Below, piece after piece: positions 9,433-18,121 of a stretch of DNA of 37,530 nucleotides. The position numbers were made by a program, and so were the translations under genes. The stretch's first letter is position 1. Each line of letters opens with the position of its first letter. The DNA is from Acidobacteriota bacterium. Its GTDB lineage: Bacteria; Acidobacteriota; Aminicenantia; UBA2199. The notes beneath the pieces were generated by a model. That model was not told the origin of the DNA, did not search any database, and saw only the letters and a program-made list of their open reading frames with translations. The stretch covers positions 1-37,530 of the forward strand of contig JALOLC010000002.1 in assembly GCA_025456175.1 (NCBI GenBank), written 5' to 3'.

Positions 9433-10476
9433 TCAAGAACTCCCGCCAAAAACGGCGAGCTGGCCGCAGGCCGAGCGGATGCCTTCGCCCTTGGACCAGC
9501 GGGTGACCACGGTCAGCCCCTTTTCCAGGAGAATGGCGCGGAACGACTCCACGGCGACCTCGGTCGGGCGCCGGAAGGGGAGGCGGGGGGTGGCGTTGTA
9601 GGGGATGAGGTTGACCTTGGACGGGATGCCCTGGATCAGCTTGGCCAGCTGCCGGGCCTGGGCCGGCGAGTCGTTGATCCCGGCCAGAAGCACGTACTCG
9701 AAGGTGATGCGCTGGCGGCGCTTGTGGCCGCGCAGATGCGCCAGCAGATCCTCCAGCCGTTCTTTGCGCGCGATGGGCATCAGCTCGGCGCGCAGCTGCG
9801 GGTCGGAGGCGTTGAGCGAGAAGGCGATCTTGACCTGCGGGAAATCCGCCTCCAGATTTTTCAGGTTCTCCAGGATGCCGGCCGTGGACACGGTGACATG
9901 GCGCGGCGAGATGTTCAGGCCGTCGGCTGCGCAGATCAGCCGCAGGGCGCGGGCCAGGTTCGCGTAATTGAGCAGCGGCTCGCCCATGCCCATGAAGACC
10001 AGGTTCAGTTTGCCGGCATAGGCTCCCAGCTCCTTTCTCAGGGAAAGCACCTGGGTGACGATCTCGCCGCAAGTCAAATTGCGGCGGAAACCCATGGCGC
10101 CGGTGGCGCAAAACGCACAGGCCAGGGGGCATCCGGCCTGGCTCGAGAGGCAAAAAGTGTAATGGTCCTTTTCGGGGATCAGGACCGTCTCGATCTTTTG
10201 CCCGTCGGCCAGCCCGATCAGCAGCTTGCGCGTACCGTGTCCGTCGTCCTGCCTATCCAGGACCGGGCGCAGCTCCCAGTCGTAAAGCCCGGCCAGTTTC
10301 TGGCGGTTGGCCTTGGCGATGTTGCTCCAGGAGTTGACGTCCTGGCTGTTCTTGAAGTAGACCCACTGGAAGACCTGGCGGGCGGCGTAGTCGCGGAACC
10401 CTTCGGCCACAAGCTCAGCATTGAGCTCGCTCAGCTGCCGATCCAGGATCCATGGTTTTTTCAAGAGCACATTCAT
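9433..10476 (-). CDS. rlmN: 23S rRNA/tRNA m2A methyltransferase RlmN
   Basis: Motifs CLSSQAGCPLACAFCATG, FMGMGEP, FEYVLL, VNLIPYN and SACGQL. Confidence 0.95.
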   Translation of the reverse strand: MNVLLKKPWILDRQLSELNAELVAEGFRDYAARQVFQWVYFKNSQDVNSWSNIAKANRQKLAGLYDWELRPVLDRQDDGHGTRKLLIGLADGQKIETVLIPEKDHYTFCLSSQAGCPLACAFCATGAMGFRRNLTCGEIVTQVLSLRKELGAYAGKLNLVFMGMGEPLLNYANLARALRLICAADGLNISPRHVTVSTAGILENLKNLEADFPQVKIAFSLNASDPQLRAELMPIARKERLEDLLAHLRGHKRRQRITFEYVLLAGINDSPAQARQLAKLIQGIPSKVNLIPYNATPRLPFRRPTEVAVESFRAILLEKGLTVVTRWSKGEGIRSACGQLAVFGGSS

Positions 10477-10503
10477 TCGGAATTAATATATCACAAAATG
10501 CTC

Positions 10504-10630
10504 AAGGGAAAGGCAGAGGGAAGAAAAAGGGAAGAGCGAGGGAAGAGAAAGTGGGAAAAGCCCTTTTAAAACCTCTTTCTCACTTTCTCTTCTCTCTGCC
10601 TTTCCCTCTGTTTTCCCTCTCTCTTCCCTT
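10504..10630. repeat. Inverted polypurine/polypyrimidine tandem-repeat element (~11-nt AGGGAAGAG-type units)
   Basis: The purine arm 10504-10560 and pyrimidine arm 10572-10630 are imperfect reverse complements (for example AGGGAAAGGCAGAG / CTCTGCCTTTCCCT). Confidence 0.8.
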
Positions 10631-10732
10631 AAGTTCGCTTCAAGCACAACAGCCATGCGCCAAAATCAACCGCACATTGATTTCAATGACGAATGAGCAT
10701 ATAATTTATTTTTTAACATCGGAGGCAATCCC

Positions 10733-11920
10733 ATGAAGATCTCGCAGCGCGCCCAGAACATCCAGGAATCGCCGATCCGCAAGCTCTCCGCCCTGGCCAA
10801 CGCGGCCAAGAAGCGCGGCACGACCGTCTACCATCTGAACATCGGCCAGCCCGACATCGACACCCCTCCCGCATTCATGGAGCGGATCATCAACTACAAG
10901 GAGAAGGTCCTCTCCTACGGTCCCTCCGACGGCCTCGAGGCGCTGAAGGTGGCCATGATCCACTACTTCGCCTACTTCAAGATCACGCTGGAGGTCAAGA
11001 ACATCGTCATCGCCACCGGCGGCAGCGAGGCCATCGCCTTTGCCTTCAACGCCGTGGCCGACCCCGGCGACGAGGTCATCGTCTCCGAGCCCTTCTACAC
11101 CAACTACAGCGGCTACGCCTCGCAGTGCGGCCTCACCATCGTCCCGGTCACCGCCAAGGCCGAGAACGGCTTCCATCTCCCCGCCATCGCCGAGTTCGAG
11201 AAGAAGCTGACCCCGCGCACGCGCGCCGTCCTCATCTGCTCGCCCAACAACCCCACCGGCACCGTCTACACTCCCGAGGAGCTGAAGGCCATCGGCGAAT
11301 TCGCTCGTGAGCACGACCTGTTCCTCATCGCCGACGAGGTCTACAAGGAGTTCACCTACGACGGCAAGGTCCATTTCAGCGTCCTGCAGCTGGCGGGCCT
11401 GGAGGACCGGGTCATCGTCGTCGACTCCATTTCCAAGCGCTACTCCGCCTGCGGCGCCCGAATCGGCGCCGTCATCTCGCGCAACGAGGAGGTGATGAAG
11501 GGCATCACCAAGTTCGCCCAGGCCCGCCTCTGCCCGCCCACGCTGGAACAGGTCGGAGCCATCGGCGCCTACGAACTCCCGCACGACTACTTCAAGGAAG
11601 TCATGGCCGAATACCAGAAGCGCCGCGATATCCTGTATGACATACTGACCTCGCGCCGCGAGATCGTCCTGCAGAAGCCCGAAGGCGCCTTCTACATCAT
11701 GGCCAAGCTCCCGATCGAGGACGGCGAGACCTTCGCCCGCTGGCTGCTCAACGAGTTCAACGACCGGAACGAGACGGTGATGATCGCGCCGGGCGAGGGC
11801 TTCTACAGCACTCCCGGCAAGGGCAAGGACGAAGTGCGCCTGGCCTATGTCATCGAAGCGGCCAAGCTCGAGCGCGCCGCCCGCCTTCTGCTCATCGCCC
11901 TGGACAAATTCTGCGGTTGA
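10733..11920 (+). CDS. PLP-dependent aminotransferase class I/II (aspartate aminotransferase-like)
   Basis: Motifs LNIGQPD, SPNNPTG, ADEVY and SISKRYSACGARIG; GGAGG RBS. Confidence 0.92.
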   Translation: MKISQRAQNIQESPIRKLSALANAAKKRGTTVYHLNIGQPDIDTPPAFMERIINYKEKVLSYGPSDGLEALKVAMIHYFAYFKITLEVKNIVIATGGSEAIAFAFNAVADPGDEVIVSEPFYTNYSGYASQCGLTIVPVTAKAENGFHLPAIAEFEKKLTPRTRAVLICSPNNPTGTVYTPEELKAIGEFAREHDLFLIADEVYKEFTYDGKVHFSVLQLAGLEDRVIVVDSISKRYSACGARIGAVISRNEEVMKGITKFAQARLCPPTLEQVGAIGAYELPHDYFKEVMAEYQKRRDILYDILTSRREIVLQKPEGAFYIMAKLPIEDGETFARWLLNEFNDRNETVMIAPGEGFYSTPGKGKDEVRLAYVIEAAKLERAARLLLIALDKFCG

Positions 11921-11967
11921 TTGACATTGAATTCTCCGCGTGGTATTGAATTCGTGGGGGTCTACTC

Positions 11968-12144
11968 ATGCCTATCAAAAGAACCGTAATGAAGAGTTCG
12001 AAGGGGAAGAAGCTCTACGCCGTGCGCGACGCCAAGGGGCGCTTCAAGGACATCCAGAGCTTCAAGAAGGCGCACGGCGCGGACATCAAGCGCAAGAGCA
12101 AGGCCGAAACGGCCAAAAAGGCAAAGGCCAAAAAGAAAAAGTAA
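11968..12144 (+). CDS. Small Lys-rich basic protein (58 aa), missed by the ORF track
   Basis: MPIKRTVMKSSKGKKLYAVRDAKGRFKDIQSFKKAHGADIKRKSKAETAKKAKAKKKK*. Host-like GC3 codons, a GGGGG RBS-like site, and TTGACA-17-TATTGA upstream (11921-11949). Confidence 0.78.
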   Translation: MPIKRTVMKSSKGKKLYAVRDAKGRFKDIQSFKKAHGADIKRKSKAETAKKAKAKKKK

Positions 12145-12166
12145 GAAATTTTCATAGCTGCGCCGC

Positions 12167-13444
12167 TTAGCGGCCGGTTTCGATCGTCTGCCGGCGCTCG
12201 CCGCCGACAGAGAGGTGGCTGATTTTTGCCCCGGTGAATTCCTCAATGAAGTCGAGATACGCACGCAGCGGCTGCGGCAGATCGTTCATGCGTTCCATGG
12301 CGCCCAGCGTTTTCTGCCAGCCGGGCAGGACGCGGTACACGGGCGTGACTAAGTCCAGGGCGTCGGCGTGGCAGGGGAACTGCTCGCTGCGGACGCCGTT
12401 GACTTCGTAGGCTACCGCCACCGGAATCTCGTCCAGGTCATCCAGGACATCCAGCTTGGTGAGGAAGAGCGCATCGACGCCGTTGACCTGCACCGCGTGC
12501 TTCAGCGCCACCAGATCGAGCCAGCCGACGCGGCGCGGCCGTCCGGTCGTGGCGCCGTACTCCTTGCCGCGCTCGCGCAGCCGCCGGCCGCTGTCATCCT
12601 GCAGTTCGCTGGGAAACGGTCCCTCGCCGACGCGCGTGGCGTACGCCTTGGAGATGCCGATCACGTGGTCCACCGACTTGTGGGAAAGCCCGGTCCCCGA
12701 AAAAACACCGGCAATGGTCGTGCTCGAGGAAGTGACGAAGGGATAGGTTCCCAGGTGGATGTCCAGCAGGCTGCCCTGGGCGCCCTCAAAGAGGAGCTGC
12801 TTCTTTTCATGGCAGGCCCGCTGCAGCAGGGCGGTCGTGTCGCAGACATGGGGCCTGAGGAACTCGCCCGCCTGCAGATAATCCGTGATGGCCGGCTCGC
12901 TGTCCACGGCAGGATGGCCATAAGCGGCGAACAGGCGGTTGTAGTACTCGGCCAGGCGGGCGAATTTCTTGCGGAAAACGCTCTCTTGCAGCAGGTCGCC
13001 CACGAAAAGGGCGCGGCGGCCGATGACGTCCTCATAGGCCGGGCCGATGCCGCGCCGGGTGGTGCCGATGCGCTGGTAGCGGGAATCCTCGAAAACGATG
13101 TCCAGCTGCTGATGAAAGGGCAGGATCAGCGGCGCGTTCGCGCTCAGCGCCAGGTTCTGCAGCGATAGGCCCAGACTGCGGGCGTTGCGGATCTCCTCGA
13201 TCAGCTGCAGCGGCTGCACCACCACGCCATGGGCGATCACCGCCAGGCAGTCGGGATAGAAGATGCCCGAAGGCAGCACGTGCAGGACAACCCGTTTCCC
13301 CTGGTAGTACACGGTGTGGCCGGCATTGTGCCCGCCCTGGAAGCGCACCACCACGTCAAAGTTCCCCGCCAGGTAATCGATGGCCTTGCCCTTGCCCTCG
13401 TCGCCCCATTGCAGCCCCAGTACGACGGTGTTCATGATCTCCAC
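12167..13444 (-). CDS. purA: Adenylosuccinate synthetase
   Basis: Motifs GLQWGDEGKGK, GGHNAGHT, IGTTRRGIGPAY, EGAQG and GATTGRPRRVGWLD. Start is GTG 13444 or ATG 13435. Confidence 0.96.
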   Translation of the reverse strand: MEIMNTVVLGLQWGDEGKGKAIDYLAGNFDVVVRFQGGHNAGHTVYYQGKRVVLHVLPSGIFYPDCLAVIAHGVVVQPLQLIEEIRNARSLGLSLQNLALSANAPLILPFHQQLDIVFEDSRYQRIGTTRRGIGPAYEDVIGRRALFVGDLLQESVFRKKFARLAEYYNRLFAAYGHPAVDSEPAITDYLQAGEFLRPHVCDTTALLQRACHEKKQLLFEGAQGSLLDIHLGTYPFVTSSSTTIAGVFSGTGLSHKSVDHVIGISKAYATRVGEGPFPSELQDDSGRRLRERGKEYGATTGRPRRVGWLDLVALKHAVQVNGVDALFLTKLDVLDDLDEIPVAVAYEVNGVRSEQFPCHADALDLVTPVYRVLPGWQKTLGAMERMNDLPQPLRAYLDFIEEFTGAKISHLSVGGERRQTIETGR

Positions 13445-13445
13445 G

Positions 13446-14696
13446 TCAGCGCACCTTGACGATCAGGATGGTGAAATCATCGCGGAACCGGGTCTTGCGG
13501 CTGAAACTCTTGATCCGCTTGTACAGGGTCTCGCCCAGTTCGGCGGCGCCAAGGCCGCGATTGGCCAGGATGAACTCGGCGATGGCCTTTTCGCCGAACT
13601 CCTCGCCGGCGGGGTTTGTCACTTCGAACACGCCGTCGGTGAAGGCGCAGATCACGTCGCCGCTCTCCAGGACCACCGTCCCCTCCTGATAGACGCCATC
13701 GCCGCGGAAGCCAAGCAGCATGCCGCCCGCTTCCAGCTTGCGCACGCCCGATTTCGTGACCAGGTAGGGGGCGTTGTGGCCGGCATTGACGTAGGTCAGC
13801 GCGGGATGGTCATCGTTGAGCAGCATCCAGAAAAGGGTGATGAAGCGTGAGCCGCGGGTCATTTCATGGAGAAAGGCGTTGGCCTTGGCAATGAAGCGGG
13901 CCGGCTTTAAAAAGTACAGCTCGTTCATCGAGTGGAAGATGGCCTGGCAGGAGGCGGCCAGCAGCGCGGCGGACAGCCCCTTGCCCTCGACGTCGGCCAG
14001 CACCAGCGGCTGGATATGCTTTTTCTTTTTCAGGATGTCGTAATAGTCGCCGCCCACCTCATGGATGGGCTCGTAGATGACGGCCAGGTCATAGTGGCAC
14101 AGCTCGGGCAACCCCTGAGGCAGCAACGAGAGCTGGATGCTGCGGGCGATCTGCATCTCGTGCTCCATCTTCTTCTTCTCGAAGATCTGCGCCAGGTAGC
14201 GGACATTGTCCAGCTCGATCAGCAGGAAGCGCGACAGGATGCCGGCGAATTCGAAATCCTCTTGCTCCAGGTCGCGCAGGTTGAACTTGCGCCCCAACCC
14301 CAGCACGATCACCCTTTTCCTGCTGTCGGAGACGCTCAGCAGGTAGTGGATCTGCCGGGCCAGCAGCAGCTTCTTCAGGTCGTCGAGAGCGGCGGGCAGA
14401 TCCTCGGTGCGCACGCAGGACGCGCCGGCCAGAGCCCGGGAGAGCTTTTTTTTCAGGCAATGGGATTCGCCGGCAGTCAGGGTGAAGCCGCGCTTGCGGA
14501 ACAGGTCGTGGCCGCGGTCAAAAAAGAAGACGCGTGATACGCCCAGCGGGGCCATGAGCGAGGAGAAGAAGATGCGCATGAGATGGTCGACATCAAATTG
14601 CGCCTGCATGGCCGAGGAGAGCTCGTAGATGGAGTTCAGCTGGAACTTCTTGAATTTCAGCTGTTTCTGCAGAAGCTTCAGTTCGTTTTCCGCCAC
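13446..14696 (-). CDS. rsbU: PP2C/SpoIIE family phosphatase (RsbU-like) with N-terminal GAF-like region
   Basis: Motifs ARSIQLSLLP, VGGDYYD, ADVEGKG, NAGHN, TDGVFE and DDFT. Confidence 0.88.
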   Translation of the reverse strand: MAENELKLLQKQLKFKKFQLNSIYELSSAMQAQFDVDHLMRIFFSSLMAPLGVSRVFFFDRGHDLFRKRGFTLTAGESHCLKKKLSRALAGASCVRTEDLPAALDDLKKLLLARQIHYLLSVSDSRKRVIVLGLGRKFNLRDLEQEDFEFAGILSRFLLIELDNVRYLAQIFEKKKMEHEMQIARSIQLSLLPQGLPELCHYDLAVIYEPIHEVGGDYYDILKKKKHIQPLVLADVEGKGLSAALLAASCQAIFHSMNELYFLKPARFIAKANAFLHEMTRGSRFITLFWMLLNDDHPALTYVNAGHNAPYLVTKSGVRKLEAGGMLLGFRGDGVYQEGTVVLESGDVICAFTDGVFEVTNPAGEEFGEKAIAEFILANRGLGAAELGETLYKRIKSFSRKTRFRDDFTILIVKVR

Positions 14697-15121
14697 TTGA
14701 TCATCTCGCAGATGTTCTCGCCGTCGACGGTGCGGTAGGTGACCGAATCCATGATGGTCTTCATCAGCTTGACGCCGAGGCCGCCCTTCCGCTTCTTTTT
14801 GATCATGCGGCCGAGGTTCACCTCCTCTTCGGAGATCTCGGGGGGCAGGCCGCGGTAGAGGATGCGGATTTGCATGCCCTCGGGAGCCAGGTAATACTCG
14901 ATGGTGAGCGGTCGGTCGCCCTGATTGCCATAGGAGTGCTTGATGACGTTGGTCACGGCCTCGTCGATGGCCAGCGAAATCTTCTGCGCCTCGGCGACGG
15001 CAAACTGAAACAGGGTGGCGATGTGCCGGGTCAACTCGACGACCATCTTCAACAGCTGGGTCTGCGAGAGGATGGTGATCGAAAAATCAGGCTTCGGGGG
15101 AAAACGGCTTGAATTTTTCAA
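14678..15121 (-). CDS. rsbW: Anti-sigma factor Ser/Thr kinase (RsbW-like HATPase)
   Basis: Motifs LAIDEAVTNVIKHSY and GGLGVKLM..IMD. The probable TTG start at 15121 overlaps the end of rsbV. Confidence 0.85.
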   Translation of the reverse strand: MKNSSRFPPKPDFSITILSQTQLLKMVVELTRHIATLFQFAVAEAQKISLAIDEAVTNVIKHSYGNQGDRPLTIEYYLAPEGMQIRILYRGLPPEISEEEVNLGRMIKKKRKGGLGVKLMKTIMDSVTYRTVDGENICEMIKWRKTN

Positions 15122-15449
15122 TGGCGGCCTGCTCGTTCGGCACGAAATCGTAAATCTCGGTGAACCCAACCAGGTCAAAGGTCTCGTGCACGCGTTCGCT
15201 CAGCGCGCACAGTTTGATGTCCCCGCCCTTTTCGCGGACCTCGTCGATGTAGCCCATGATGATGCCCATGCCGGCCGAGGTGATGTAGTTCAGGTCCTGG
15301 CCGTTGATCAGGATGTTGTAGTTGCTGTCCTTGATCATGCGCACGAGCTCCTTTTCGAAGCGGGCCACCTGGTGGGCGTCCAGGTGTCCCTTGAGATAAA
15401 GGACCGCCACGCCGCTGACCATCTTGCTGCGGATCTGGAAGCTTTTCAT
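15087..15449 (-). CDS. rsbV: Anti-sigma factor antagonist (STAS domain, RsbV-like)
   Basis: LKGHLDA and YITSAGMG (phosphoacceptor Ser) motifs. Confidence 0.9.
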   Translation of the reverse strand: MKSFQIRSKMVSGVAVLYLKGHLDAHQVARFEKELVRMIKDSNYNILINGQDLNYITSAGMGIIMGYIDEVREKGGDIKLCALSERVHETFDLVGFTEIYDFVPNEQAAIEKFKPFSPEA

Positions 15450-15853
15450 ACTCCTTCTCCAAAGAAAAAATCGATCTCCCGTTCAGCCGTCGTTGCCGTG
15501 TCAGCCCCATGGACGCTGTTGCGCTGGATGTCGAGGGCGAAGCGCCGGCGCAGCGTAAGCGGCCCCGTTTTAACGGGGTTGGTCGGCCCCATCAGTTTCC
15601 GCCACTCCTCGACCGCGCTCTCCCTTTCCAGCACCAGGGCATAAAGCTGTCCCGATGAGATGTAGCCCACCAGGCTTTCATAGAATGGTTTTTCACAGTG
15701 CTGCTGGTAGAAAAGCGCCGCCTGGTCCCTGGTCAGGCGCAGCGTGCGGATGGCGCGGATGGCGAATTGGTTCATCTCGATCTCGGAGATGATCACCCCC
15801 ACCAGCTGGCGCTGGACCGCATCGGGCTTGATGATGGCCAGAGTTCGCTCCAT
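15446..15853 (-). CDS. ndk: Nucleoside diphosphate kinase
   Basis: MERTLAIIKPDAV, MGPTNP and NSVHGAD; GAGGAG RBS before ATG 15853. Confidence 0.95.
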   Translation of the reverse strand: MERTLAIIKPDAVQRQLVGVIISEIEMNQFAIRAIRTLRLTRDQAALFYQQHCEKPFYESLVGYISSGQLYALVLERESAVEEWRKLMGPTNPVKTGPLTLRRRFALDIQRNSVHGADTATTAEREIDFFFGEGV

Positions 15854-15948
15854 GAATCTCCTCGCCGTCATTGTAGACCAAAAGTTTTTTAATTACAATC
15901 ACCGCTGTCGGCCGCGCTTTGAAAAACTGAGAAGTTTTCAGCGGGGGC

Positions 15949-15993
15949 TTGACAGGCAATTTATTTGTAATATAATTGTACTATGTTTGTAGC
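15949..15993 (+). promoter_or_regulatory. Sigma70 promoter with three 11-bp-spaced Pho-box-like repeats upstream of pstS
   Basis: TTGACA 15949-15954, a 16-bp spacer and TATAAT 15971-15976. TTGTA occurs at 15965, 15976 and 15987. Confidence 0.7.
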
Positions 15994-16059
15994 CCAAGCG
16001 CATTCAGCTCCTTTCTTGGACATGATGAATAGGGAAACACAAAAACGGAGGTAATCCCC

Positions 16060-17019
16060 ATGAAAAAATCCATTGTTTTCTTGACCCTGCTGGCCTTGTT
16101 GAACCTTGCTGCAGCGCCTACGCTGCCGGCGCAGAAGGCGGCCGCGAAGCTGCAGGGCACGATCACGATCTCCGGGGCCTGGGCCCTTTATCCCATGGTG
16201 GTGAAATGGTCCGAGGAGTTCGGCAAGATCAACCCCGGCGTCCGCTTCGACATCTCCGCCGGCGGCGCCGGCAAGGGCATCGCCGACGCGCTGGCCAACA
16301 TGGTCGACATCGGCATGGTGTCGCGCGAGATCTATGCGGTCGAAATCCAAAAGGGAGCCTGGTTTATCCCGGTCACCAAGGACGCCGTGGTACCGATCGT
16401 CAATACCGGCAATCCCCTGTTTGGCGAGATGATCAAGAAGGGAGCCAGGAAATCCGACCTTGCCCGCATCTGGCTCAGCGAGGACCCCCCGACATGGAGC
16501 CAGCTCCTCGGCGCCAAGGGCAGCGTGCCGCTCCATGTCTACACCCGCTCCGATTCCTGCGGCGCGGCCGAGACCTGGGCCCTGTTCCTGGGGAAAAAGC
16601 AGGAGGATCTCCTGGGCATCGGCGTCTTCGGCGATCCCGCGCTGAACGAGGCCGTGCGCAAGGACGCGCTGGGCATCGGCTTCAATAACATCAATTACGC
16701 GTATGACGCGACCACGCTCAAGCCCATGGCCGGCACCGCCGTCCTGCCCATCGACCTGAACGGCAACGGCACGATCGATCCCGGGGAAGACTTCTATGCC
16801 GACCGCAACGCCATCACCCGGGCCATTGCCGCCGACCGCTATCCCAGTCCGCCGGCGCGCGACCTGTACCTGGTCTGCAAGGGCCAGCCCAAGAAGCCCC
16901 TGGTCAAGGCCTTCCTGAAGTGGGTGTTGAACGAGGGTCAGAAGTTCGTCCCGGAAGCCGGATACATCGGGCTCACAACCGCCAAAATCGACAAGGCCAT
17001 GGCCAAGATCGGCCAGTGA
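16060..17019 (+). CDS. pstS: Phosphate ABC transporter substrate-binding protein (PstS family)
   Basis: Signal peptide; ISGAWALYP, GGAGKG, DIGMVSR, TRSDSCGA and YPSPPARDLY motifs. Confidence 0.88.
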   Translation: MKKSIVFLTLLALLNLAAAPTLPAQKAAAKLQGTITISGAWALYPMVVKWSEEFGKINPGVRFDISAGGAGKGIADALANMVDIGMVSREIYAVEIQKGAWFIPVTKDAVVPIVNTGNPLFGEMIKKGARKSDLARIWLSEDPPTWSQLLGAKGSVPLHVYTRSDSCGAAETWALFLGKKQEDLLGIGVFGDPALNEAVRKDALGIGFNNINYAYDATTLKPMAGTAVLPIDLNGNGTIDPGEDFYADRNAITRAIAADRYPSPPARDLYLVCKGQPKKPLVKAFLKWVLNEGQKFVPEAGYIGLTTAKIDKAMAKIGQ

Positions 17020-17047
17020 CCCATCTGAAACGCCAAAGGAGTTTGAC

Positions 17048-18079
17048 ATGAAACACAAGAACCTCATCCTGTTTTTGGTGATCGGCCTGCTGCTCCTGCC
17101 CGCCTCGCTGCTGAAGGGCGAAGGCAAGTTCTCCGGCCTGGTGTTCGGCGACTACTACTTCGCCGTCGCCCACCACGACGAGGCCGTCGAGGGCAACAAC
17201 GGCTTCTGGCTGCGGCGCGTCTATTTCACCTACGACAACGCCCTGGGCGACAAGTACGCCATGCGTTTCCGCCTGGAGATGAACAGCCCCGGCGACTTCA
17301 AGACGTCGTCGACCCTGGTCCCCTTCGTCAAGGACGCCTATCTCAGCGCCAAGCTCGGCAGGCAGACGCTGCTGCTGGGTTTGATCGGCACCCCCCTCTA
17401 CGACACCCTCGACGAGTTCTGGGGCTACCGGCCCATGGAGAAGACCCCCATCGACCTGTTCAAGTTCGGCAATTCCCGCGAGTTCGGCGTCGGACTGAAG
17501 GGGGCGCTGGACGCCAGGAACAAGCTGACCTACACCGTCATCGTCGGCAACGGCGCCGGCCTGAAGTCGGAGACCAACCACGGCAAGGCGGTCTACGGCC
17601 GCCTCAATTTCCAGCCCACGCCATCGCTGTTCTTTGAAGCGTATGCCGACTACACCGACATGGGCAACGACAGCTCGGTCAACATCCTGCAGGCCTTCGC
17701 CGGCGTCAAGGGCAAATGGGGCCGGGCCGGCCTCAACTTCGGCTATCGCCACTTCACGTTCCTGGTCGGTGACCTTAAAGGCAGCAGCGACCTGAAATTC
17801 ATCTCCCTGTTCGGCGTCTTCAAGATCAGCCCCACGCTCGACCTGGTCGGCCGCTACGACCGCCTGCTCGACCCCAACCCCAATGGCGACAAGATCGACT
17901 ACATCCCCATGGCCAACGGCTCCAAGGCCAACGTGGTGCTGGCCGGGCTTGGCTGGACGATGAGCGATAACGTCAAGGTCATCCCCAACTTAAAGTACGT
18001 CTTTTACGACGCCCCGGAAATCGGCGACAAGCCGGCTGCGGATTTTTACGCCTATCTCACGCTCTACTTCAAGTTCTAG
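17048..18079 (+). CDS. Outer-membrane beta-barrel porin, likely phosphate-related (OprO/P-like)
   Basis: Signal peptide, FWLRRVYFTYD and VKDAYL motifs, alternating beta pattern, C-terminal Phe (YLTLYFKF); cotranscribed with pstS. Confidence 0.72.
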   Translation: MKHKNLILFLVIGLLLLPASLLKGEGKFSGLVFGDYYFAVAHHDEAVEGNNGFWLRRVYFTYDNALGDKYAMRFRLEMNSPGDFKTSSTLVPFVKDAYLSAKLGRQTLLLGLIGTPLYDTLDEFWGYRPMEKTPIDLFKFGNSREFGVGLKGALDARNKLTYTVIVGNGAGLKSETNHGKAVYGRLNFQPTPSLFFEAYADYTDMGNDSSVNILQAFAGVKGKWGRAGLNFGYRHFTFLVGDLKGSSDLKFISLFGVFKISPTLDLVGRYDRLLDPNPNGDKIDYIPMANGSKANVVLAGLGWTMSDNVKVIPNLKYVFYDAPEIGDKPAADFYAYLTLYFKF

Positions 18080-18094
18080 AAAAGATCCACATCG

Positions 18095-18121
18095 GGGGGA
18101 GCCCGGCTCCCCCTTTTTTTT
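18095..18121 (+). terminator. Rho-independent terminator of pstS-porin
   Basis: GGGGGAGC-CCG-GCTCCCCC followed by T8. Confidence 0.85.
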
